Shown piece after piece: positions 1 to 13,190 of a DNA stretch of 64,000 bases. The stretch comes from Eledone cirrhosa (Eukaryota), in NCBI GenBank assembly GCA_964016885.1, contig OZ024741.1, positions 151,528,001 to 151,592,000 on the forward strand. Reading direction: 5' to 3'. The first letter of the stretch is position 1; each line of letters begins with the position of its first letter. The notes below the pieces were generated by a model. The model was given only the letters and a program-made list of their open reading frames with translations. It made no database searches and had not been told where the DNA came from. The position numbers and the translations under genes were made by a program.

Positions 1-488
1 ACTATTTGATGTAAATGTAGAGGTATGGTTAAGATATTTACTTCACAAACTTCGTGATTTGGTGTTCAAATGTCTGCTCGCCATCTTTCGGAAAGTGAGT
101 GTCGTCTTACCATAGCTGCTGGCCGTTAAGATCCATGTTAGTGAAACTTGAATGGTAGACTTAATGATATCACCTTGTTATGTGAAAGAAAGAGTGAGAG
201 AGAGAGAGAGGGGGGAGAGCGGAGGCCCTTAACATCTGATGGAGTCGTAAAGACGAGTTCGTAAAACAGTGTACTTTGGGCATATTTAAACCTGCCGGTG
301 TCCATCCCCCTCTAGTTCTGAATATAGCTTTCCCCCAGAGAATGAAGGTGAGTGAGGGGGGGGGGGGTTAAGAGAGAGAGAAAGAGAGGGAGAAAGAGAT
401 AGAGAAAGTGATAAAGAAGATAGAGAGAGAAAGAGATAAAGAGAGGCACAGTGAGAGACACAGAACGAGAAAGAGGAGGAGAGAAAGG

Positions 489-535
<47 letters not shown>

Positions 536-994
536 CGAGAGAGAGAGAGCGAAGAAGAAGAAGAAGAAGAAGAAGAAGAAGAATCAACTTCAGTGCTGAA
601 CTGTTAAATTACACCGTGTAACAAAAAACTATTTTTTTCTCTGTTCCTGGTTTGTAATCACATTTTTGTGTTGCTTAGGTCCCAAATAAATAAAAAAAAG
701 TGCTATTAAACAGTTAAAAGTTTGGGTTTGTAAAATTTCTAAGATATTCACTAGAATTATTTGTATGCTGGGTTTTACGTTGTATGTAAGTTTAATTTGC
801 TTATGTTAAATGATTTTTTTAACATATGTTTCAGGTTAAATTAAAATGATAAAATAAAGAGTAATACCTAAAGAAAATTATAAAAGTGCAATAAAGTATA
901 AAATTGTTAAAAAGTGGATTAAAGAGATTTATTGATACTGGATTTTCGCACCCTGAATAAAGGGCAAGTAGTGTTTTAAGCATTCGTCTCCAGG

Positions 995-2050
995 ATGAAG
1001 CAGTGGAACTTGGTCAAGGAGGAAGTGCAGGTGACAAGTCAGAGAAGTCGACACGAACCTTTCTCAGGCTTTTACACTCTTAGGGATGGCCTCTGCTTCT
1101 GCCATGACGTGCCTGGACTGTTTGACGTTATTGGGGTGCCGTTTGTACCCAAGGAGTGGCGGCTATTTATAGACAGCTCCTCCACAATGGAAACAAGTTC
1201 CCGACACTGCCCCTAGCTCATTCAGTCTCCCTGAAGGAAGATTACTACAGTGTGAAAGTCCTCTTGGAAGCTCTGCAATACAACCAGTACAATTGGGAAA
1301 TCATTGGAGACTTCAAGATCGTGGCTTTCCTGATTGGACTCCAAGGAGGCTTTATCAAATTCCAATGCTTCCTCTGCCTTTGGGACAGCAGAACCACTTC
1401 TGACCACTACAAAAGAAAGAACTGGGAGCAGCGAACAGAATTTGTAGTTGGGACCCGGAACGTCATGTGGGAGCCACTGGTTGATCCCAGGATTGTGCTC
1501 ATGCCGCCACTGCACATTAAGTTGGAGTTGAGGAAGCAGTTTGTGAAGGCTCTCAACCAAGAATTAGCCGCTTTTAAGTACCTTCTTGAGTTCTTCCCCA
1601 ATTTATCTGAGGCCAAAATCAAAGGTGGAATTTTTGTTGGACCTCAGATAAAGAAGGTGTTTGAGTCTACCGAGTTTTCCAATAAGCTCAATAGGATTGA
1701 GAGAACAGCATGGAACTGTTTCAATGCAGTTGTTAAGGACTTCCTGGGCAACTACAGAGCTGAAAACTACCAGCAACTGGTGCAGGATCTGATAAAGGCT
1801 TTTGGGGCCATGGAATGCAGGATATCGCTTAAACTCCATATGCTGGACGCTCACCTGGAAAAATTCAAGGACAATATGGGCGCCTACTCAGGAGAACAAG
1901 GCAAACGATTCCACCAAGATGTGAAAGAGATAGAGCGGAGGTACCGGGGCAACTACAATGAAAAAAATGATGGGGAACTATATCTGGGGGCTAGTGCGGG
2001 AATGCAACCTGGACTACAACCGCAAATCCAGGAAATCCAGTCAGTTCTGA
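995..2050 (+). pseudogene. Chapaev/Transib-related transposase, frameshifted
   Basis: Motifs WRLFIDSS, LLHNGNK, GDFKIVAFLIGLQGG..KFQCFLCLWDSR, PPLHIKL, KLHMLDAHL and GEQGKRFHQD. Frameshift near 1180 between ORFs 995-1216 and 1156-2115, and a second one in the A-run near 1961 (MMGNYIWGL continues in another frame). Confidence 0.8.
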
Positions 2051-2261
2051 CGTGTATAAGTTGCTTTATAAGTGTTATTTGTTTTTATTTGTTTGCTTTT
2101 GATAAGCTTGTGTAATAAAATAAATATATACTCTGTTGATTTAATTATATGAACTGATAAATTAAAAAAAAAAGTTTTTTCTTGAAAAATATGAAAATTT
2201 CGAAGTATCAAACTCCTGACCACAAACCCAAACTTCTGATTAAATAATAGTGTTTTTTTAT

Positions 2262-2450
2262 AATAATTGTTTCTACTTTAGGCACAAGGCCAGCAATTAC
2301 CCAGTGCATTACTGGTACTTTATTTTATCGACCCCGTAAGGATGAAAGGCAAAGTCAACCTCGGCGGGATTTGAACTCAGATCATAAAGGGACGTAACTA
2401 TGCTGGAAAGCATGGCGTCCGACCCTCTACCGATACTGCCAATCCACCGG
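2262..2450 (-). mobile_element. tRNA-derived SINE (family A) inserted in the transposon
   Basis: On the minus strand: A-box TGGCAGTATCGG, B-box GAGTTCAAATCC, central GCCTTTCATCCTTACGGGGTCGATAAAATAAAGTACCAG (resembles a conserved Meta-type SINE domain) and tail GTAGAAACAATTATT. Confidence 0.85.
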
Positions 2451-3537
2451 GATATAACAAACCATGAAATGACACTTAGAGCCGGGGAACAAAAAATATG
2501 TTACACGGCGTTATCTATTGATCTTGAAAGGATGAAAGACCAACTGACCTTGGCGTCCATTTAACCCACATTTTTGTTTATACTTTTTATACAAAGAAGA
2601 TATGCGTAAACTATAGTATAGTTTCATTGTGTTTGACGGATAGCTGATATTCCTTTATTGAAAAATGGGTATGAATGAAGTCGCAGAGAATCGGAGAGCA
2701 GATAAAGAAGTATAGAACGAAATGTTTAAATACAAAAGTGATAAAGAAAAGGGGCGTTTAGATATATTATATTTCTACTTAATATTATTCAGACTTTAAT
2801 GGTTTTTTCTCTTTTTTACAGAACAGATGTAGAGAATTATTTCTAATAAAATAATTAACACTGAATGTAAAACAAGCCACCAGCCTTATATGATGCTATG
2901 ACATGTTGTCATTTTTTTAACTAGACACGCACACACATACACACACGCTCACCCCCCCCCCCTAACAAATATGTATAACATAAGTCTAATATAAATATGT
3001 AAAGCTCTTGAGTTCGCTTGATTTTAAATTACTTCTATATCTGAAATGTTTACCAGCTGAGCTCTCTAGATACATTATGCGCCCTCAGCGAGGCAACATT
3101 TAGTTTCCATGTATATATTGCATTCGTTCCGTTATCTTTTTTCGTTTTCTTCATTCCATGTTGACCTATGGTGACCCTGTATACAGCTTATACAGATATT
3201 TGCTAAACACATTTGGTCTTTCCATTCCTAGCTGATGAAATGTGTTGGCCTTCACTTCAAAACATAACCTTATGACCTCGATTAAAGGTGATATATACAC
3301 ATATCGGTTATGTATGTTAATTCCCTCACTGCCCCCATATGTTATACATACAGATATTCTTGTTATAGTTCCAATTACGTTTAGAAACATTTACGTTTAG
3401 ATGAGTTTATACACACACACATACACACATATATATATACATATATATGCACATATATATACATAAAGTACCAGTAATGGATTGGGTAATTGCTGGCCTT
3501 GTGCCAAAAGTAGAAACAATTATTACTATATAAGTGA

Positions 3538-3733
3538 GGGCGGTGGATTGGCAGTATCGGTAGAGGGTCGGACGCCTTGCTTTGCAGCAAAGAATTACGG
3601 CCCTTTATAGTCTGAGTTCAAATCCCGCCGAGGTTAACTTTGCCTTTCATCCTTACGGGGTCGATAAAATAAAGTACCAGTAATACACTGGCATAATTGC
3701 TGGCCTCGTGCCTAAAGTAGAAACAATTATTAC
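3538..3733 (+). mobile_element. SINE family A, full copy (partial 3' copy just upstream at ~3464-3525)
   Basis: Same A/B boxes, central domain and tail as the other copies. Confidence 0.85.
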
Positions 3734-3770
<37 letters not shown>

Positions 3771-4343
3771 ATGTTTGTGTGTGGGCGTGCGTGTGTCTAG
3801 CTGTGCATGTATGTGTTTGTGCATATACATATATAAATGCAGACAGTCAGCTACATAAGGGAAACTGTGAAAAACAAAGAAAGAAAAATATAGTAATTTT
3901 AAACATATTCGAGAGAAAGAAGAAAATTTAAAAAGGAAGGAAAGTGAGACAAAGTAAGAAATGAAGAAAGAGAACATTAGGTGAAGCCGGCAATTTTATT
4001 AGAGTAACATTTATTCCTTCTTTACTTATTTACATTCAAACCGATATCCGCTTCCATACATAGAACAAAATACATAGAAGTACCGGTACGGCGTACAAGC
4101 CTATGGAAACAGTTAAGGAAGCAGTCTTTTTAAGTAGCGTGATTGATGTGGTCCAGATATTTGGCGTGTGAATGATTGTTTAATGTTTTTCTTTTTCTTT
4201 TTTTTGCAAGTTTTCTTTTTTATTGGTTCGGAAAAAGACGAAACACAGCAAGTATATTTACAAAATATAACTGTCTGAATAAGGAGATAAGACATGAGAG
4301 AAAGGAAAATAATACTCTCTCTCTCCCTCATCTCCTCTCTCTT

Positions 4344-4380
<37 letters not shown>

Positions 4381-4451
4381 GTGTATGTGTGTGTGTGTGT
4401 GTGTGTGTGTATCTATTATAAATATACAGTGGGGGAGATGGAGTGATAGTG

Positions 4452-4488
<37 letters not shown>

Positions 4489-4599
4489 TGGGAAAGTCGC
4501 CAAGCCCAACAAGGTTTCGTACGTACGGCAGTACAAAATAAAATAAGTGTTCTTTTCTTTAAAATCATATTACAGACGAGGAAATTGGAGTCATCCACA

Positions 4600-5090
4600 A
4601 TGCAAGGAAAACCTTGTTATATCATGATGGATCTTTATAGATAAACAAGAAATCGAATACCCACTTCGACATTAGTATTAGCTCATGTGCTTCGCTGGAG
4701 ATCAGTGATTTGAACGAACTAAAAACACTATTCATATGGATTAGTGGCGGTCTATTCTCAATGCAAATAGTGATCCTCAAATCACTGACATATTCAGAAA
4801 GAATCTCCACTCATTTTAGTAATGACTTAGGACTCAACGTTACCATACCAAGCAATCTATCTCGAGAACACTTTCTTGACATTACTTTGCACATAACTAG
4901 CTCTCTCTCACTTCTAACTCTTCCACAAACATTTATTCCAACCAGCCTAGTAATATTACAACAAGAAAACAAAACAAAAAACAAAAAAACAAACAAAACA
5001 AGTAAGAATACCGCCCACTACTACAACGAAGTCCTAGACAGAAATGTTTTCAAAGAAAGGATCACTTACACTAACATAGCAGTCCAAACG
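4600..5090 (+). pseudogene. Degenerate Penelope-like RT/thumb fragment
   Basis: DLYR(D), FLDITL and AHYYNEVLDRNVFKERITY resemble YRDD, FLDVTL and AQYYNEALARAGYSDKIMY of the PLE at 40462-41698. Confidence 0.6.
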
Positions 5091-5121
5091 AAAACACACG
5101 GACAGACACAATTAATTTGCA

Positions 5122-5265
<144 letters not shown>

Positions 5266-7449
5266 GTATGTATATATTAAGATAGATAGATGGATGAACT
5301 ATACAGAGAGAGTAGAGAGAGTGATATAAATGTATACATACATACATACATACATACATACATACATACATACATACATACATACATACATACATACATA
5401 CATACATACACATATTGACAAACACTTCATGCCAGATGTAAATGTGCGTGTGTATGGATGCACGAGTGTACAATAGTTATAGATACAGGGAAGAATTAGA
5501 GTTGCCAGAGGAAAAGAGACATGCAAAGAAAGATATATGATATGGAGTTATAGATAGCACAATGTGGTAGTGTCGTTTAAATAGATGAGAAGGGTTGAGG
5601 CACACACGTGCAAAACAACGAACAATAACGACAGCAACAACAGCATTTAGATTATATAAAACAACAAATATAGTAACAACAATCATAACGACAACAAAAA
5701 CAATAAAACGATTATAACAGAATTTGCAATAACGACAATACCATCCACAACAATTGGAATGGCGATAGCCACGACGACAATAGCTACAACAACAATAACA
5801 ATCATATCAATTATAGCAACAACAACAATAACATACACAACTGTACCAACAACTACAGCCACCACACCAAAATTAGCTATAATAAAAATAAAAGCAACAG
5901 CAACAATATCCATCACAACAACAACCACAGCCATAATAAAAAAACAAACAAAAATAGTGACAGCAACAACAGGAAGACAAGCAATAACAACAGCAGCAAA
6001 ACTAAGAGCAACACCAACAGCACAGCAACAAAAGAAAAAGATGTGAGAAATGTAGAGAAAGACAATTTATGTGTAGTGAACGAGATAGCAATACAAATAT
6101 AATAAAAACACAAACGAGAAAGTGTCAGAAGGAAAGTGGTTTAAAGTAAAATAGCATAAAAGGAAAAGACACAACCAATAAGAAATATGGACGTTAAAAT
6201 ATAAGAGAGGCTGTTAGTGTGAAGGAGATTGATAAAGAAAAAAAAATAGCAGGAACAACACTGATGTGTAGTATAAATTGCTTAATAGCTGCCATTACAA
6301 TGTAGTCTTAATGACGGCGGTAAGCACAGCATTGCTTTGATGAATTTGTTTTTTATTTAATTTAAAATTCATTCATCTAGTTAGATATTTCTTTATTCTG
6401 TTATTCGTTTTATCTATTTCTAAGTAACTGGTTGAAATTAACATTCATTCTGGTATCGTGTATTGCTGCTGTTTGGTAGGGAATAGTCTAGACCAGGTTA
6501 AATCAGATTAGATGTGCTTAGACCATGTTGGATATGGTTAGACCAGGATAGGTATGATTAGACCAGGTTAAATGTGGTTAAACTAGGTTCAGAGCAGCGT
6601 AGGTTAGGTGAAATGAAACCATGCCAGACCAGACAAGGTGAAGCCAGTAGAATCAGGGACACGCCATTTTAGGCGAGGCGGAGCTAGACGATACTAGATA
6701 AGGAGAGGCGAGAGCAGATCACACCGTGAATTGACAGAGTCGTGAGAATGTACAACAAATTGCTTTACGTTTGCCTTTTGTGCATTCGAGGGCGATAAAA
6801 TAAATTCAGTCCAAGGCAGTGGGTTAGCGAAATTCCTTGCGATATTTGTCTGGTGGTCTTATGCTCTTTATGCGACATTCTGTTTAGTACATTTAATCCG
6901 TCACCCAACTTAATAGCCCCATATGGTTCTTAGATGGCTTTAATGATATTCACTCTGCTTAAATACTAAAAACAAAATACCACGACAGACCAAACAAGTG
7001 AGGCTAAACAACAGGAAGCGGGGCCAAATCAGAGCTAACCAGACAATATGAGACAAGATGCCACCGGGACCTGATGAAATCAGACGAGACCAGGAAAGAT
7101 GACACGTATTATGATTAATTCCAGAGAAGACGGGACAACATCGGACAAGACTAAACCAGACCGAAGCTAAGCTACAAAGGCGGATGAAGTCCTATCCATA
7201 AAAATATATGTTGTCCTAGAAGAAATACAAGACAGAATTATATGTCAATTTGACGTGTTAGAAATAGCAGTCAATTCCCTCAATTCAGACAATTCCAATG
7301 ATGGGTACCCTATAATTTAACCATAGAAAGTGAAGAGACCGCATTGGGTTAATCCGTTAATCATAGGATTACTAAATAAGAGCCGACAGGGAGTAAAGGC
7401 AATGGACAAAATGAGGATCTAAACAATAACGCTAAAACAACACCCTATC

Positions 7450-7826
7450 AACTGTCCACACGTTTCCATAAGTTTTCTCAGGAAATTCAAGAAGCATAAC
7501 TGAAAAACATATCAACAGAAAATAACGATCTGTTCTCAGATTATTCAAGTAACATTGTATTATATAACTCAATTATGTTTGCTGCATGATATATTTATTA
7601 TCTTAGCTAGAGATCATCCTACACAATATTCTATAATGTACATTCTCCCTTTTCGCAAACACCCGCGTGACCTGCCTGGCTATCAACATCATCACTGCAA
7701 CAACCACCGCTACTTACATTTACACCGCTATCATAAACATTAGACACAACATCCCGACAACAATCACCATCACCCAGAAAAAGGACACCATGATGCCAGG
7801 ATTAACACCAGCAACATATATATATG

Positions 7827-7899
<73 letters not shown>

Positions 7900-9000
7900 T
7901 TATATATATATATGTGTGTGTGGCTGTGTGTGTATTTGTATGTGTGTGTGTGTGTTTGTAATCCACATATACATACAGGTATATTCGTTCAATCAACGTT
8001 TTGTAAACAAACCGCAAATCTTTATAGCCGGACAAAGCGGCATTGTGTCTGTCCTGAAATGCAATGCAGTTTGCCCTACACATCGGTAAGTGTGTATCAA
8101 CAAATGTCTAACAAAATTACAATAATTTCGGGCCAATTCACACTCCACGACAAATACAAATAAGAATGTTACTTACACTCTCACACAACACAACACAAAA
8201 CTAGATACCAAAACATTAGCAAACAACACGTCCATCATTTACAGAATTCTCTACAAAAATAGAAGATTAATAATGGAAAACTAATAACGCAGCACAAAGC
8301 TAAAATAAACAGAGATAAAACACAATTGCCGCAATCAAATGAAATCCTTCCATGATTGTAAATTGGAACGCTAACGGTAAAAAAATAAATTGCATCTGCA
8401 CTATCAACAAAAAATCTTATCCACCATACATTAGCTGGAGCGCTCAGCACGACCGCCATCATCCAAAAGATGAGAACATGAAGGTCTAGGAAGGTTAATG
8501 CCTCCAAACCAACTACATAGCACTCATAGAAACATATCAGAAACCCCAATAAATAAGACAAAATTTGAACAGAATTTTGTACTTTTTTCGCATATACCTT
8601 ACTTTTAATATCGATTTTTAGAAAAATTTTAGATATTAAAAGTAAGGTATATGCGAAAAAAGTACAAAATTCTGTTCAAATACACAGATACATGCGGGCA
8701 CACACATATACATGAATATATCCACATATATCCCTGAATTTGTGGTGCCAACCTCAACCGTTGTTGCTCTATGAATAGCTGGGACAAAATAATCCGAATG
8801 GATTAGATTGATTCAGTATCAGAGCTATATAATACATTATGAAGAAAGAAGAAACATTAGATATAATTAATAAGATATGCAAAACCCAAATTCCTTCATT
8901 ACTCCTCGACTACGTAATTTCGTGGCATATTATGCAAAAACACTACATCACAGAGAGATATAGTATTTTTGTGAGGTTTGCCGACTTATCAAGAGGATAC
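7450..9000 (+). mobile_element. Possible highly decayed Helitron RepHel remnants
   Basis: Weak motif resemblance only: HPTQYSIMYILPF (cf. HP.YD.LQYPLLF), HTLAGALS (cf. LPSSF.GSPR), WDKII...ELYNT.MK. Many stops and frameshifts. Confidence 0.3.
8563..8681. repeat. Hairpin / inverted repeat with ~50-bp arms
   Basis: ATTTGAACAGAATTTTGTAC...TAATATC is mirrored by GATATTA...GTACAAAATTCTGTTCAAAT. Confidence 0.9.
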
Positions 9001-9098
<98 letters not shown>

Positions 9099-9148
9099 AG
9101 TATGTATGTATACGTACATACATATATGTATACAGACGTACAGTAGCA

Positions 9149-9194
<46 letters not shown>

Positions 9195-9510
9195 CATGCA
9201 GGTACACATACATATATGCACGCATCAGTTTAGCAGATGCTTATTATAGCGCTGCTTTGTTCGTTTGTCAACAAACTGAACAGCCTGAATTTATGCCATA
9301 CGGTGTTAAGGCAACCACGTCACCTTTTTGTTCAACACTGACACAGGAACTATGTACTAGTTTCAAGCTTGTTAGCTATCATCAGCACCGTTTACCCATC
9401 TGCCAGATAGTTGAACGTTCGAAAGTATATACTTTCCTTATGAAAATTAACGGCTGAGCAGCCTAATTTGCATATTGAGTGAGTTAAATCGGTCAGGCAT
9501 ACCGAAAACG

Positions 9511-9772
9511 ATAAGTTGAAAAAAATGAAAACGAAAAACGAAATTTCATTTCTCACTCTTAGTATGGCACTTACTTAAATGTAAGTATGTATGTATACGT
9601 ACATACATATATGTATACAGACGTACAGTAGCATGCATATATATATATATGCATGCTACTGCACGTCTGTATACATATATGTATGTACGTATACATACAT
9701 ACTTACATTTAAGTAAGTGCCATACTAAGAGTGAGAAATGAAATTTCGTTTTTCGTTTTCATTTTTTTTCAA

Positions 9773-9777
<5 letters not shown>
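9511..9777. repeat. Near-perfect 267-bp palindrome centred on (TA)n
   Basis: Arms are reverse complements with about 2 differences. The inner segment is also directly repeated at 9094-9160. Confidence 0.9.
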
Positions 9778-9808
<31 letters not shown>

Positions 9809-9868
9809 GTATATATATATATATATGTATATGTATATATATATATACATATATACATATACATATAT

Positions 9869-9948
9869 ACTGCGGGGGAGGGTATACATATATATATATA
9901 TACATATACATATATACATATACATATATACTGCGGGGGAGGGTATAT

Positions 9949-9979
<31 letters not shown>

Positions 9980-10014
9980 CATATATACATATACATATAT
10001 ACTGCGGGGGAGGG

Positions 10015-10046
<32 letters not shown>

Positions 10047-10075
10047 CATATACATATATACTGCGGGGGAGGGTA
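9869..10075 (+). repeat. Compound minisatellite: 4 x TACTGCGGGGGAGGGTAT separated by TA/TACA microsatellite
   Basis: Motif at ~9870, 9931, 10002 and 10061. Confidence 0.85.
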
Positions 10076-10680
10076 TTACAACGTTAAGAGTTTCTGTACA
10101 AATCAGGTGTTATTGCAAAAATAAGGTTTGAAAAATGCAATTAATGACCCTATGGTTATTTGGAAAGTTTCTGTATTTATGTGCCAAGCAATTTGATGAT
10201 TATTTATCTATTTTTTTTATACTTCCAAAAGATTTTCGTTACAGTTTTTCGAAACATTTCCGTTTATGCTTATCTCACATGTTAGTAGCTTGTGTTCGTG
10301 TTGAACACAAAGGACGCAACTGATTTTATTTTTGTCGCTTATACCGAGGAGAATATGGTTTATTACAAAGAACGTAAATCAGGCTTCCTTTTTAAATACA
10401 TTTTTTTAAATTTGTCAAAATTGAGTTTTGGTTGCAGTTTCCTTATTAATACGTTTTTCTTGAGGGAAATTTTCACTGCACACGTAGAATGGGAAGACAT
10501 CGACATTTGATAGAATTCGTCCTCCACATACATTCGTCTATATGTTGGCTTAGAGAGATCTTTCTTGTGTGTGAGGCCCTGATTTATTGACGGTATAAAC
10601 GTATTAAACAAGAAATACCCACTAAGTAATGGAAAAGGTTGAGTATTGACGTACAAGCACACACACACACACATTTATAT

Positions 10681-10755
<75 letters not shown>

Positions 10756-10764
<9 letters not shown>

Positions 10765-11161
10765 TAAACAAATAATGAATAAACAATTCCTTATATTAAA
10801 CAAAAAAAGTTCATTATTTAACGATCGTTTCTAGGGTATATATGTGTTATAATTGGTATGCATATTCAACAGATCTATGTACAAAATTATACAAAATTAT
10901 ACAAATTATCAAGATTAAATATACATACCTAACACATATATACGCCGTCTTCAGAAAATTTTCTGAAGACGGCGTATATATGTGTTAGGTATGTATATTT
11001 AATCTTGATAATTTGTATAATTTTGTATAATTTTGTACATAGATCTGTTGAATATGCATACCAATTATAACACATATATACCCTAGAAACGATCGTTAAA
11101 TAATGAACTTTTTTTGTTTAATATAAGGAATTGTTTATTCATTATTTGTTTAATATTTTAT
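10756..11161. repeat. 406-bp spacerless palindrome (PLE 3'-end derived), with a unique tail to ~11295
   Basis: Centre CAGAAAA|TTTTCTG at 10958/10959. Arms are reverse complementary and the unit lies between (TA)n tracts. Confidence 0.9.
10959..11100 (+). ncRNA. Type I hammerhead ribozyme motif with long stem II (mirror copy on - strand at 10817-10958)
   Basis: CUGAAGA (10963), stem II gg..tatatatgtgtta / taacacatatata..cc, then GAAA-C-GAUC-G-UU (palindromic minimal stem III). The 5' strand of stem I is truncated by the fold-back. Confidence 0.6.
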
Positions 11162-11292
11162 CTTGACTCTGTATACCGTTTATCTTTCACCGAAAGTGGT
11201 TTTTCATTACATCTCTTCTTTCCATGATATCCGGAATACATTGAGTTCTTCATACGGATTGGACACTACCGTAAACTCTTGGTAGATTTATC

Positions 11293-11359
<67 letters not shown>

Positions 11360-12260
11360 CTAAATAGAATACTTTTTTGTCTATCTTGTTTGTACTTTCA
11401 GAATTACAGTTTTTTTCTCATTTAAGCAAATTTGATGTTTTCCTTTGTGATAGGGATACACATTCTTGCGTTGGTGTATCCCTCAATCGTACTTTCTGCC
11501 GTTCAATTCATTCAGCATTTCCACTGTGTTCCTTTGATATCCCAGATGAATTCCCAGAATGTTTGTCCTTCTTTCATAGAAGGTAGTTCTATTTCATGTT
11601 TTCTTATTTTGCTATAGAACCTCTTCTCATCTATTTCAAAGATCTTGTTTTGTCTATAAAATTTAGTTCATTTTTCATACCACCTTGGTGATTTCACTTG
11701 TAATTTTTGCTGCAATGTTTCTTTTATTTCTGATATGTTGTGTATGTATGCTATTTTGTATTTTCTTTTTACTTTTCTAGATTTCAAAGTAGTCATTTGA
11801 TCTTCGTGTGATATTTCATGAAGTACAGAAATATCACTTCTCGGTACCGCTACTTCTTTAATTTTGCTTTCCAGGCAGGCTCTTTATGTCTGTTACGAGT
11901 CTTTTTCTTCTTTATGTATATCTTTATTTTTTCAGTTACAGCTAGTCCTGTGAGGTATATAATGTAGTTTAGCGTAGATATATCTTAATGATCATTGACA
12001 CTAAGATATTCTTGCAGAGTAGCATTATAAGTATCAATGATTTTCATGTTAGAAATTGTGGATTCGATTTTTAGTAGATAATTCCATGTGACTGGCTCTG
12101 TTTACTGCCTCAATTATGTGATTTTTTGCTACTATGGTTTCATCTCTATTTTTTTTATATATATTCTGGTGGAGATTCACTTTCATGTTCGTCTCCTTGT
12201 ATTTCCGAGTTTATATAGCTTATTTCAGTGTCAGTTGTTCAGGCTGGGTATTATTATTAT
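11360..12260 (-). mobile_element. Degenerate R4/Dong-like non-LTR retrotransposon fragment (pre-RT region)
   Basis: Minus-strand translation NKIFEIDEKRFYSKIRKHEIELPSMKEGQTFWEFIW resembles the N..F..D.K.FY...FW..IW block of R4/Dong ORFs. Confidence 0.5.
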
Positions 12261-12279
12261 TGGAGTAATGTTCTGGGTT

Positions 12280-12418
12280 ATTAATTACCCAGTGCATTAC
12301 TGGTACTATATTTTATATCGACCTTGTAAAGATGACAGGCAAAATTAACCTCGGCGGGATTTGAAATCAGAATGGTAAGGGCGGTAACTCTATGCGTCAA
12401 AGTATGGCGTCCGACCCA
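12280..12418 (-). mobile_element. SINE family A, partial
   Basis: B-box and central domain on the minus strand. Confidence 0.75.
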
Positions 12419-12429
12419 ATAATAATAAT

Positions 12430-12470
<41 letters not shown>

Positions 12471-12474
<4 letters not shown>

Positions 12475-12871
12475 AAAGTTTTATTTAAAATTGTTGGGTT
12501 ACAACAAGTAAATATTTTATAACCGATATAAAGCACTCGACAAGTTTTTGGAGTAGATATACGATATTAAACAAATGGAAACTATATTCATAAAACCATA
12601 TTTATTTCATTATACATATTTCAGGGATACCATATTAAAAATATGGCATGCCTTCGTCAGATAAAATACAATATATAAACAGTTTTATAAATAATTTTGA
12701 CTATCTTAATGGTCGCTTATATTTATGGTACGTCAAAATTATTTATAAAACTGTTTATATATTGTATTTTATCTGACGAAGGCATGCCATATTTTTAATA
12801 TGGTATCCCTGAAATATGTATAATGAAATAAATATGGTTTTATAAATATAGTTTCCATTTGTTTAATATCG

Positions 12872-12873
<2 letters not shown>
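12471..12873. mobile_element. Fold-back mini-element (arms 12560-12701 and 12732-12873, plus tail) in (TA)n
   Basis: Inverted arms with an HHR in each. Same family at 37970-38100, 42980-43108 and 55325-55617. Confidence 0.85.
12758..12836 (+). ncRNA. Type I hammerhead ribozyme (mirror on - strand at 12597-12675)
   Basis: Stem I tattttat/atgaaata; CUGACGA (12773); stem II agg.atgccatatt / aatatggtat.cct; GAAA-U-AUGU-A-UA. Confidence 0.75.
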
Positions 12874-12919
<46 letters not shown>

Positions 12920-13156
12920 CTGTGGCATTTTCGAGAATTGTGTAGATACCTTTTCTAGAGAATTTTCGAAGTTCTGTTGAGAAAGAATCAAGATTAGCTT
13001 TGTGAGAGCATTAATAGTCTCTTGCTGGGGTGTGGGGATAAATTCCATATGCTTTTAAGCATTGAATCTGTTGGTTTAAATAGTAATTCTTCATATACTT
13101 TTTCTAAACGGAATCATAAAATTTATACACACACACTCATCCATATATACAAGTAT

Positions 13157-13190
<34 letters not shown>

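Larger units (their letters stand above)
612..2510 (+). mobile_element. Chapaev3-type (CMC superfamily) DNA transposon, decayed
   Basis: Termini CACCGTGTAACA (612) and TGTTACACGGCG (ends 2510) are imperfect inverted repeats flanked by a TTA target-site duplication (609-611, 2511-2513). CAC...GTG ends with a 3-bp TWA TSD are characteristic of Chapaev3. Contains a transposase remnant. Confidence 0.8.

Noticed and set aside
3538-3620. tRNA genes at A-box/B-box motifs
   Set aside because: They are SINE heads followed by the SINE body and tail; no complete cloverleaf.
9869-10075. CRISPR-like repeat-spacer appearance
   Set aside because: Spacers are microsatellite rather than unique sequence, the context is eukaryotic, and there are no cas genes.
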